Shown: positions 26,747 to 33,869 of the stretch, piece by piece
How the letters are laid out: each line of letters begins with the position of its first letter
How positions within the stretch are numbered: position 1 is the stretch's first letter
Assembly: GCA_902787125.1 (NCBI GenBank)
Contig: CADAEX010000001.1
Location: 1 to 34,233, forward strand
Source of the DNA: an uncultured Spirochaetaceae bacterium
GTDB lineage: Bacteria; Spirochaetota; Spirochaetia; CADAEX01
Length of the DNA: 34,233 nucleotides
Direction: 5' to 3'
The notes under the pieces: generated by a model
What the model saw: the letters and a program-made list of their open reading frames with translations, nothing else
What the model was told of the DNA's origin: nothing
Databases searched by the model: none
Position numbers and translations under genes: made by a program

Positions 26747-26767
26747 TTAATTTCTCCTTTATATAAT

Positions 26768-27472
26768 TTATTTCAGAACTATTCTGTTGTTCTGGAGGCT
26801 GTCACGGAGTGCTGCGAAGCTTTTCTCCTCTACATCAATGTAGAGCTGCTTCTTTGCCACATCATCAAGGTAGTGGGCATCGGAGTCGGATATGACAGGG
26901 TATTTTGCATAGTCCTTGGCGTTGGCCGGATTGAATACCTCGATGGCAGTATATGTGGCATCGGGGAGGAACCCCAGCTGGGATACTATGGAAAAGACAG
27001 GCTTGTCCACATGGGCCGGGATGAAAAGACCGTTGCGGAAGAACACCTCTTCCCGGACATCATCTATGGAAAGGCCGCTGGCGTTGCCCAGGTACTTCTC
27101 GACTTCCCCAAGAATCTCCTCATTCTCGTCCACGTAGACCTGATCGCCGAAGACTTCGGGCTTGTTCTCAATATCAGGCATATATTTATAGACAAATTCG
27201 GAGAATTCAAGTGCTGTCTCCACATCTTCGAACAGGCACACGAGGTGTGCTTCCTCGCTGGAGGTGACCTCCATGCCGTAGAGGCTCCAGAGTCCCTGCT
27301 GGGCACAGTTTGCCTTGAATGCAGGGCAGTTCAGGGCTGTGTTGTGGTCGGTGAGGGCCACCAGGTCAAGCCCTTTCTCCTTTGCCTTTTCCGCAATGGC
27401 GGCAGGTGACATCTCCAGCGAGGCACATGGGGATACACAGGAATGAATATGGAAATCGGCTCTGACCAGCAT
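26768..27472 (-). CDS. PHP domain phosphoesterase
   Basis: DFHIHS, LTDHN, EEAH, PAHVD and SDSDAH metal ligands; TGATG coupling to the upstream DRTGG gene. Confidence 0.9.
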   Translation of the reverse strand: MLVRADFHIHSCVSPCASLEMSPAAIAEKAKEKGLDLVALTDHNTALNCPAFKANCAQQGLWSLYGMEVTSSEEAHLVCLFEDVETALEFSEFVYKYMPDIENKPEVFGDQVYVDENEEILGEVEKYLGNASGLSIDDVREEVFFRNGLFIPAHVDKPVFSIVSQLGFLPDATYTAIEVFNPANAKDYAKYPVISDSDAHYLDDVAKKQLYIDVEEKSFAALRDSLQNNRIVLK

Positions 27473-27804
27473 CAGTCCTTCATTTTTTCAGCAACTTTTG
27501 CAGATGCCTCAAACTGGGTCTCGGCTGTCTTGAAGAGAGCTACGTCGTTATCGTTGGCAGCTTCGATCATGTCTGAAGGGATAGCACGCTTGTTGCAGAC
27601 CAGTATAGCCCTGATTCCAGCCAGTGTAGCCACAGCGATAGTGTTCTTGTGTGCCTGGATGGTGATAAGGATGGAATCGGATGGGGCATTTGCCATGACA
27701 TCGCTCAAGAGGTCGCCGGTGTATCCAGCCTTGATTTCAAAATCTTCCATCTCATTCTTTGTCTCTCTGGTATAACCCAGTGCTTCTAAATCACTTACTT
27801 TCAT
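27472..27804 (-). CDS. DRTGG domain protein (HPr kinase N-terminal-like)
   Basis: GYTGDLLSDVMA...ILITIQAHKNTIAVA motif; 110 aa. Confidence 0.82.
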   Translation of the reverse strand: MKVSDLEALGYTRETKNEMEDFEIKAGYTGDLLSDVMANAPSDSILITIQAHKNTIAVATLAGIRAILVCNKRAIPSDMIEAANDNDVALFKTAETQFEASAKVAEKMKD

Positions 27805-28741
27805 CTTCTTCGTTCCCTAAATTGATTTTTATTTTTACTTCCGTACCTGTAACGTCGGAAGCTATCTGGAAGTCATTGCTGACTCTCTTTACATTCGGAA
27901 GACCCATTCCTGCGCCGAAGCCCTGGGACCTTATCCATTCGCTGGCTGTGGAGAAGCCGTCGGTGAGAGCTTTCTCCAGGTCTGGTATGCCGGGCCCCTT
28001 GTCCTGGGTCTTTATCATTATTGCATCGGGCAGAAGCTGGAATATAAGGACACCGCCGTCGGAATGGACAACCAGGTTTATCTCCAGCTCATAGGCCGCT
28101 ATGGAGACACGTCGGATTATACTCTGCTTTATTCCCCGTTCCTTGAGGATCTTCTTGATCTCGGAGGTGACCTTTCCGGCATTCTCAAAGTCGTACTTGT
28201 GGACTATGAACTGACGGTAGATCACTGTATCAGGTCTTATATCGGAAGGGTCCGGGTCGCTTAAGCGCATATTGAGCTTGTCATATTTCTGCAGCTGTTT
28301 GTTGATATTGTTAAGCATGGCGGCAGTAAGGTCACGGGCCGTTATCATGCCGGTGAGCTCTTTGTTCTTGTTTATTACCGGGAACCGTCTGAATTTGAAT
28401 TTATTGAAATAGTTGATGGCGAAGGATATAGGCATATCCTCTTCCAGCAGAATCACATCCCTGGACATGTACTTGCTTACTTTCTCGTCCAGGTTGCCGT
28501 TGTCATAGCAGGCCATGATGTCATAAAGACTTAAGATTCCTGCCAGTCTGTTCCCATCTACAACAGGAAGTCCGGTAAGGCCGTTATCCCTCATGATATT
28601 CTTTGCTGAGCGCATAGTATCGTCAGGAGCTACCTTCATAGGGTTGGCATTCATAGCCTCCTTGACCCTGACGGTGTAGATGCTCTCAAGAATAACTTCG
28701 TGAGAATCGTTTACGAAAAGAAGATTATTTACACTTCCCAA
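27791..28741 (-). CDS. CBS-pair plus RsbT/anti-sigma-like Ser/Thr kinase (HATPase_c) fusion
   Basis: Two CBS motifs (GLPVVD...LAGILS; RFPVIN...LTGMIT). Kinase N-box YELEINLVVH, DKGPGIPD, GFST and GFGAGMGLPNVKR. The TTG start is uncertain. Confidence 0.88.
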   Translation of the reverse strand: MGSVNNLLFVNDSHEVILESIYTVRVKEAMNANPMKVAPDDTMRSAKNIMRDNGLTGLPVVDGNRLAGILSLYDIMACYDNGNLDEKVSKYMSRDVILLEEDMPISFAINYFNKFKFRRFPVINKNKELTGMITARDLTAAMLNNINKQLQKYDKLNMRLSDPDPSDIRPDTVIYRQFIVHKYDFENAGKVTSEIKKILKERGIKQSIIRRVSIAAYELEINLVVHSDGGVLIFQLLPDAIMIKTQDKGPGIPDLEKALTDGFSTASEWIRSQGFGAGMGLPNVKRVSNDFQIASDVTGTEVKIKINLGNEEDESK

Positions 28742-29069
28742 GCAATTTCCCCAATTCGATGCAGGTAGTAAACATATTGTTCTTGGTGGAAATAAGGGTC
28801 AGCCCAGATTCCTCTGCCAGTGTCTTCATGGAAGTCTGGGGCCGTTTGCCATTTATAAGGATAACTCCGCGGGCTTCCACAATGTCGGCAGTCCGTACCA
28901 CCTGGTCAGTTGTAAGGGCCGTAACCAATATTCTGTTATCTTCATCTCCAACCAGAACTTCACTCATCATGTCTCCGGCAGAAACATTCTCAATAACAGC
29001 TGTATCAAAATCATTGCCTTTGTTTATTATCTCGCAGCTGATATGCTCAACAATCTCTTTGAAAGTCAT
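28725..29069 (-). CDS. DRTGG domain protein
   Basis: AGDMMSEVL...ILVTALTTDQVVRTA...VILINGKRP; SD AAGGA. Confidence 0.82.
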   Translation of the reverse strand: MTFKEIVEHISCEIINKGNDFDTAVIENVSAGDMMSEVLVGDEDNRILVTALTTDQVVRTADIVEARGVILINGKRPQTSMKTLAEESGLTLISTKNNMFTTCIELGKLLGKCK

Positions 29070-29148
29070 ATTCCTTATTGCCTCTTATAGCGTTTGGACT
29101 TATTGTACTGGCTTTATAAGGAAAAAACAAGATAGTATTTAAAAATAT

Positions 29149-30045
29149 TTATTTTGTGTTCCGGGCAAGTTCGGCAATGACAACTCCGCTCAGGATAAGC
29201 ACTGCACCAAGCACCGCATAGATGCTGAACGGCTCCCCAAGTATTATGGAGGACTCTATAAGGGTGAAGAGGGGAATCATATATATGAAGTTGTTTGTCT
29301 TGGCCGCCCCCAGGGCAAGTGTGGCTTTTCCCCAGATGTAATAGGCCATGGTTGAGGCAAAGAAAGCCAGCATAAGGAGATTGAAGGCGTTTTCCGGCTT
29401 GAGGAAGAGTCTGGGTTCAAAAGGAGCCTTTGTAAGGAAGTAGAGGGGCAGGATAGTCACCACTGCCCAGAAGAATGTCTTCCGTGTTATGTAGACAGTT
29501 GGATATCTGCTGTCCACCAACTTGAGGATTATGGAGTAAAAGCCCCAGGATACCACCGAGACAAGTGCAAGCAGACAGCTTATAGGCTGGATATATGGCA
29601 TGGCAATTCCGTTGTAGACCACCATGAATACTCCTGCCAGTGCAATAAGACCTCCCATTGTTATCTGCTTTGTTATCTTCTCGCTCTTGAGAAAACGGCT
29701 GGCCAGAAATATGGTGGCCAGAGGGGCTGTTGCCACTATGATGGCTACATTGGAAGGGGTGGAGTATTTTATGGCATAGGATTCCCCCAGGAAGTAGAGA
29801 GATCCTCCAGTTATTCCAAGTGCAACCTGCAGAAGTTCGGTCTTAAGTGACTCCGGCTTATGGAAATGGGGATAGAATGGAATAGTCAGCAGGTATGCAA
29901 GAATAAAACGATATACAAAGAGGTCTATGGGCTTGAAGTCATTAAGCAGTATCTTTGTCGAGACAAAGGTGGAACTCCAGAACAGGATGGTTATAAGAAT
30001 GAGAAGATAGTAGATGAAGTTACGGTTTTTCCCATTGTTTCCCAT
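29149..30045 (-). CDS. DMT/EamA family transporter
   Basis: FWSSTFVSTKIL, YRF and ILGE motifs; two EamA repeats with about 10 TM segments. Confidence 0.9.
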   Translation of the reverse strand: MGNNGKNRNFIYYLLILITILFWSSTFVSTKILLNDFKPIDLFVYRFILAYLLTIPFYPHFHKPESLKTELLQVALGITGGSLYFLGESYAIKYSTPSNVAIIVATAPLATIFLASRFLKSEKITKQITMGGLIALAGVFMVVYNGIAMPYIQPISCLLALVSVVSWGFYSIILKLVDSRYPTVYITRKTFFWAVVTILPLYFLTKAPFEPRLFLKPENAFNLLMLAFFASTMAYYIWGKATLALGAAKTNNFIYMIPLFTLIESSIILGEPFSIYAVLGAVLILSGVVIAELARNTK

Positions 30046-30059
30046 AGAATTTAATTAAT

Positions 30060-30087
30060 TTGACAAAAACTCCGATAGATATATTAT
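30060..30087 (+). promoter_or_regulatory. Candidate sigma70 promoter of pgi
   Basis: TTGACA-N16-TATTAT. Confidence 0.55.
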
Positions 30088-30117
30088 ATTTATCAAAAGG
30101 AATTAAGTCTATCAGAG

Positions 30118-31677
30118 ATGAACTATTTTGACCTGACGGAAACAGAAGCCTACAGAAAGCTGTGCGCCTATTACAAGGGAAAACCGGAGCTCAAGAAGCT
30201 CCTTACTCCCGAAGCAGTTGAGAAATATGTTGCCCCTGCGGGGAAAAACATTTCCTTCAGCTATGCTGGAAAAGGGATGACCCCTGAGCTTGTGGAGCTC
30301 TGCCAGAGCCTTGCAGACGAGCAGGAGTGCATAGCAAAATACCGGGATCTCCTTGCCGGCGGCATAGCCAATAAAGGGGAGAACCGGGCAGTGATGCACC
30401 ATCTGTGCCGCGGGACTTCCGGTCTGCCTGTCTCTGATGAATCAGCTGCCTGCGGCAAGTTCTATGCCCGGGAGAAGGAAAAGTTCTTTGCCTTTTCTGA
30501 CCAGATCCGTTCCGGCGCTTTAAGAGGCAGCACCGGCAAAAAGTTTGATACAGTGGTGCAGATAGGCATAGGCGGCTCAGGGCTCGGTCCCAAGGCTGTC
30601 TACCAGGGGCTCCTTGGCTACTGCCGGGCAGAGAAGGTATCGCCGATACTCAGGGCCGAGTTCATATCCAACATAGACCCGGATGAGCCTGTCTCTGTCC
30701 TTTCAGGAATAAACCCGGAGACTGCACTGTTCATTCTTGTGACCAAGAGCGGCACTACCCTTGAGACCCTTACCAACTATGCATTTGTAGAAGAATATTT
30801 ACGTAAGAACTGCCCGGCAGTGGATGTGAGAAAGCAGACAGCAGTTGTGACTGCCTCAGGCTCTCCGCTGGATGACGGGAAGCAGTTCCTGGCTTCATTC
30901 CACATTGACGATTCTGTGGGTGGCCGTTTCTCATCCACCAGCGCCTGTGCCGGTGTTCTTATTTCTGCAGCTTTCGGAAAGGATATCTTCAGCCGGTTCC
31001 TGTCCGGTGCCCACAGCAGCGATATCCTGGCTTTGAACGGGAAGGTGGGGGAGAACGGGGCTCTTATGGATGCCCTCCTTGAGGTGATAGATGTCAATAT
31101 CAGGAATATCCCGGTGGAGGCTGTGATTCCATATTCTGCTTCCCTGGCCCCCTTTGTGCTCCACCTGCAGCAGCTTTATATGGAGAGCAACGGTAAACCG
31201 GCAAGATATGCCACCTGTCCTGTGATATTTGCCTCGGTGGGAACCGACTGCCAGCACTCCTTCTTCCAGCAGCTTCATCAGGGAAAGGTTGAGATGCCGG
31301 TTGAGTTCATAGGCTTTAAGCACAGTCAGTACAGAACTGATGTACAGTACAGAGGCTCAAGCTCGCAGGCAAAGCTGGATGCGAACCTGGCTGCCCAGAT
31401 CACAGCATTTGCAGACGGCCGCTCCAGCTCTGATATCAATAAATGCATCCCGGGGAACAGGGCCACCTCTCTGCTCTTCGGAGACAGGCTTACACCTGAG
31501 AATTTAGGAGCTCTCTTTGCCCATTTCGAGAACAAGGTGATGTTCCAGGGATTCCTGTGGAATATAAACTCCTACGACCAGGAAGGGGTGCGGCTGGGCA
31601 AGGACCTGGCAAAAGAAGCCCTTGAATTTGAGAAAAACGATACCCCAGTTCTCAAAAGCTATTATTCTTTCTTCTGA
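30118..31677 (+). CDS. pgi: Glucose-6-phosphate isomerase
   Basis: GIGGSGLGP, TKSGTTLET, VGGRFS, QQLYMESNGK, QHSFFQ and DQEGVRLGK. Confidence 0.96.
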   Translation: MNYFDLTETEAYRKLCAYYKGKPELKKLLTPEAVEKYVAPAGKNISFSYAGKGMTPELVELCQSLADEQECIAKYRDLLAGGIANKGENRAVMHHLCRGTSGLPVSDESAACGKFYAREKEKFFAFSDQIRSGALRGSTGKKFDTVVQIGIGGSGLGPKAVYQGLLGYCRAEKVSPILRAEFISNIDPDEPVSVLSGINPETALFILVTKSGTTLETLTNYAFVEEYLRKNCPAVDVRKQTAVVTASGSPLDDGKQFLASFHIDDSVGGRFSSTSACAGVLISAAFGKDIFSRFLSGAHSSDILALNGKVGENGALMDALLEVIDVNIRNIPVEAVIPYSASLAPFVLHLQQLYMESNGKPARYATCPVIFASVGTDCQHSFFQQLHQGKVEMPVEFIGFKHSQYRTDVQYRGSSSQAKLDANLAAQITAFADGRSSSDINKCIPGNRATSLLFGDRLTPENLGALFAHFENKVMFQGFLWNINSYDQEGVRLGKDLAKEALEFEKNDTPVLKSYYSFF

Positions 31678-31690
31678 TTAAAATTGTTTC

Positions 31691-31737
31691 AAAAAAAATC
31701 CTGCCGGCTTCAGACGGGGAAAAGGTGCCGGCAGGAT
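31691..31737 (-). terminator. Rho-independent terminator, minus-strand orientation
   Basis: ATCCTGCCGGC / GCCGGCAGGAT (31698-31737), with an A8 run at 31691-31698 that is the U-tract on the minus strand. Confidence 0.8.
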
Positions 31738-31780
31738 ACACATAAAAGGAGGTTTATGAAAAGATTTCACATCTTTCATA
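31691..31780 (-). ncRNA. Candidate small RNA 1 (anti-SD motifs, intrinsic terminator)
   Basis: 5' hairpin (31751-31784), unpaired CCUCCUUUU region, and an 11-bp terminator stem whose loop carries CCUUUUCCCC, followed by a U-run. Preceded by TTTGTAACT-N15-GGTTT. The 5' end is estimated. Confidence 0.5.
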
Positions 31781-31784
31781 AACC

Positions 31785-31813
31785 AAACCGTCCAGTGAAT
31801 TTCAAGTTACAAA
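31785..31813 (-). promoter_or_regulatory. Candidate ECF-sigma-type promoter, copy 1
   Basis: TTTGTAACT-N15-GGTTT; same motif and spacing as copy 2. Confidence 0.45.
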
Positions 31814-31853
31814 TTTTTGATTAATTTTTCTGAATGTCTTTCAGATTTCAGGC

Positions 31854-31894
31854 AAAAAGAAACCTGCTGGAAAAGGAGAGAGAACCAGCAGGTT
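31854..31894 (-). terminator. Rho-independent terminator, minus-strand orientation
   Basis: Perfect 10-bp stem 31861-31870 / 31885-31894 followed by UCUUUUU on the minus strand. Confidence 0.8.
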
Positions 31895-31944
31895 AACATT
31901 GAATTATTTGGAAGAAAACTTTTTAGTTTTTTATCGCTTTGTAC
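31854..31944 (-). ncRNA. Candidate small RNA 2 (alternatively the cdd 3' UTR)
   Basis: Ends in the 10-bp stem AACCTGCTGG/CCAGCAGGTT with loop UUCUCUCUCCUUUU and a U-rich tail. Preceded by TTTGTAACT-N15-TGTTT. The 5' end is estimated. Confidence 0.42.
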
Positions 31945-31949
31945 TTAGT

Positions 31950-31978
31950 AAACAACTCTCCCTTATGACAGTTACAAA
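31950..31978 (-). promoter_or_regulatory. Candidate ECF-sigma-type promoter, copy 2
   Basis: TTTGTAACT-N15-TGTTT immediately after the cdd stop. Confidence 0.45.
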
Positions 31979-31983
31979 ATAAT

Positions 31984-32388
31984 TCAATTTTTTTTCAGAT
32001 CATGCAGGGAATCCATAGGATAGAGCTCAGAAACAGGAATCTCAACAGCTTTACCTTTGCTTCCGCAGCATATAACTGCAGCATCTGGGGCAGAGAACTC
32101 TGTTATTACCTGCCGGCAGGCTCCGCAGGGAGGAAGTGGATCTGCAGAATCTGGCGAATAGATTGCCACAGCTTTTATCGACTTCATTCCCATGGCCACT
32201 GCATGGGCAATTGCATTCCGCTCGGCACAGATTGTAAGGCCGTAGGAGCGGTTCTCCACATTCACCCCGGTGTAGATTGTCCCGTCGTCTGCAAGCACAG
32301 CAGCTCCCACCCGGAACTTTGAGTAAGGGGCATAGGCTCTGAGAGCGGCATTGGATGCCTCTGATATCAGTTTTTCCTTGTCTTTCAT
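31984..32388 (-). CDS. cdd: Cytidine deaminase
   Basis: AYAPYSKFRVGAA, NVEN, CAERNA and PCGACRQ. Start moved to ATG 32388 (SD AAGGA, 7-nt spacer). Confidence 0.96.
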   Translation of the reverse strand: MKDKEKLISEASNAALRAYAPYSKFRVGAAVLADDGTIYTGVNVENRSYGLTICAERNAIAHAVAMGMKSIKAVAIYSPDSADPLPPCGACRQVITEFSAPDAAVICCGSKGKAVEIPVSELYPMDSLHDLKKN

Positions 32389-32402
32389 ATTATTGTCCTT
32401 CA

Positions 32403-32431
32403 TTGACAGTATATTATCAGTATTATAAAAT
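32403..32431 (+). promoter_or_regulatory. Sigma70 promoter, leaderless geometry
   Basis: TTGACA-N17-TAAAAT-N6-ATG(32438); no SD present. Confidence 0.72.
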
Positions 32432-32437
32432 TGATAC

Positions 32438-33136
32438 ATGGAAAAGAAATTTTTTCTTTTTATTCCTCTATTTTTTCTCCTCTTTTCTTTTCTTTTTCCC
32501 ATAAAAGGGGGATCTGACCGGTATTTTATCCAATCGGCCCATGGTACAAAGACTGGGCCCCGGGTTCCTTCTTCCTATTCTGTCCAGCAGCCTGCCGGAA
32601 TGGTCATGACATGCAATTATTCCAATAAAGACTTTATTGCCTCTGGATTTCTGGATGGAACTCTTCTTGTCGACGGCAGACCTCTTGAGATCATGACTCA
32701 GAGTAAATATAAGACAATTTATGCAGTTGCCGCCTCGGATGATGGTGAATATCTTGCTGCTATAGCCGGCTTATATCCAAGGAGCCTCTATGTGTATCAG
32801 AAGAAGCAGGAGGGCTGGAATCTGTCCCGCAGGATCAACCTTGCAGATGATGTGCGGCGCACCCCTTTTCTTGCATTCTCGGGCAATATACTGCTTTTTG
32901 AGGACACAGCAGGGCTTTCGGTGCTGAATATGACCACATTCAATCTTTATTCCATGTCATTCAGCGGAACTCTGAAGGATGTGGCTTTTGACCCTGAGCA
33001 GGAGTATGTCTGGGTTGTATCGGCTGATGAGACAGGCGACCATATCCGCATTTTCCTTTACAACGGCAGTCTGGTTGCTTCGGCCCTGTATGACGGCAGG
33101 GAAGACATCAGGAATTTAAGGGTGACGGAGCAGTGA
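32438..33136 (+). CDS. Exported or membrane-anchored hypothetical protein, partial WD40/beta-propeller-like
   Basis: N-terminal hydrophobic segment; IASGFLDGTL, IYAVAASDDGEYLAAI and KDVAFDP resemble propeller blades. Confidence 0.65.
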   Translation: MEKKFFLFIPLFFLLFSFLFPIKGGSDRYFIQSAHGTKTGPRVPSSYSVQQPAGMVMTCNYSNKDFIASGFLDGTLLVDGRPLEIMTQSKYKTIYAVAASDDGEYLAAIAGLYPRSLYVYQKKQEGWNLSRRINLADDVRRTPFLAFSGNILLFEDTAGLSVLNMTTFNLYSMSFSGTLKDVAFDPEQEYVWVVSADETGDHIRIFLYNGSLVASALYDGREDIRNLRVTEQ

Positions 33137-33137
33137 T

Positions 33138-33869
33138 ATGAGAAATCTGATCCTTATCTTCTGTTTTATTATGACCGTATCCTTATTGACCGCCTTTGAT
33201 TCTCCGGCTCCTGACGGCAGGATGACTGCTTCTTTCGGAGCAGCGGTCAAGGGAGAGCTCAATACGGGAATAGATATCCGGACCCGGGATGTCATTGCCT
33301 CGGAAGACGGCGAGGTTCTCTACTATAGCTCCGATCTCATCGCCTTAGCCCATGATGATTCCATGCTTACTATCTATTCAGGTGTTGCTGTATCGGAGGC
33401 TCTGGCAAGGAATGTCCATGTGGAGCGGGGTCAGCTTCTTGGTAAGACAAAAGAAGGAGTCCTCCATTTTGAAGTCTATGACCTGGAGATGGAACGGTAT
33501 ATCAATCCGCTCCTTATGACTGAAAAAATTAAGAAATCTGAACTTCCGCAGGTCAAGGACCTTTCCTATGACTCTAAGACCGGTATGCTGAGTGTATATA
33601 TGTCTGATAAGGAGCTTATGGGACTTTGCAAGGTGCAGATTTCTGTGGATGGACAGGTGGTGAGCACTCTTGGATTCAGGACAATTCAGCGTAGGGGAGA
33701 GACTCTGGCACTGGAGCGGGAGGGCTTTGAATATAGAGTGCTGTATGGCCGGCAGGGGGCATTTACATTCCCCGATATTAAGCTTAAGCCCGGTGAAAAC
33801 AGTGTTGATGTGATTGTCACAGATTTTTATGGAAAAAAAGTTGTATTCCATGGTAGGATAACAGTATGA
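33138..33869 (+). CDS. M23/LytM family protein with degenerate active site
   Basis: Signal peptide; TASFG, NTGIDI, ASEDGEV, VERGQLLG, LHFEV and INPL motifs. Confidence 0.75.
   Translation: MRNLILIFCFIMTVSLLTAFDSPAPDGRMTASFGAAVKGELNTGIDIRTRDVIASEDGEVLYYSSDLIALAHDDSMLTIYSGVAVSEALARNVHVERGQLLGKTKEGVLHFEVYDLEMERYINPLLMTEKIKKSELPQVKDLSYDSKTGMLSVYMSDKELMGLCKVQISVDGQVVSTLGFRTIQRRGETLALEREGFEYRVLYGRQGAFTFPDIKLKPGENSVDVIVTDFYGKKVVFHGRITV

Noticed and set aside
29070-29148. Rex operator upstream of the DRTGG-ADH operon
   Set aside because: No TTGTGAA/TTGTTAA-N4-TTCACAA/TTAACAA-like palindrome is visible.
31756-31824. 22-aa plus-strand sORF MKRFHIFHKPNRPVNFKLQIFD with a hairpin-masked start, as a possible type I toxin
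   Set aside because: Not hydrophobic, GGAGG-to-ATG spacing is only 3 nt, and the terminators face the minus strand. It is better explained as the complement of an anti-SD sRNA, though not fully excluded without Ribo-seq.
31698-31894. CsrB-like RNA on the plus strand (GGA motifs in hairpin loops)
   Set aside because: Few GGA motifs, large loops, and U-tracts only on the minus strand.
32389-32502. Lys/Arg-rich N-terminal extension of Cdd
   Set aside because: It is the antisense of the neighbouring gene's Phe/Leu-rich signal peptide plus promoter DNA; the SD supports ATG 32388.
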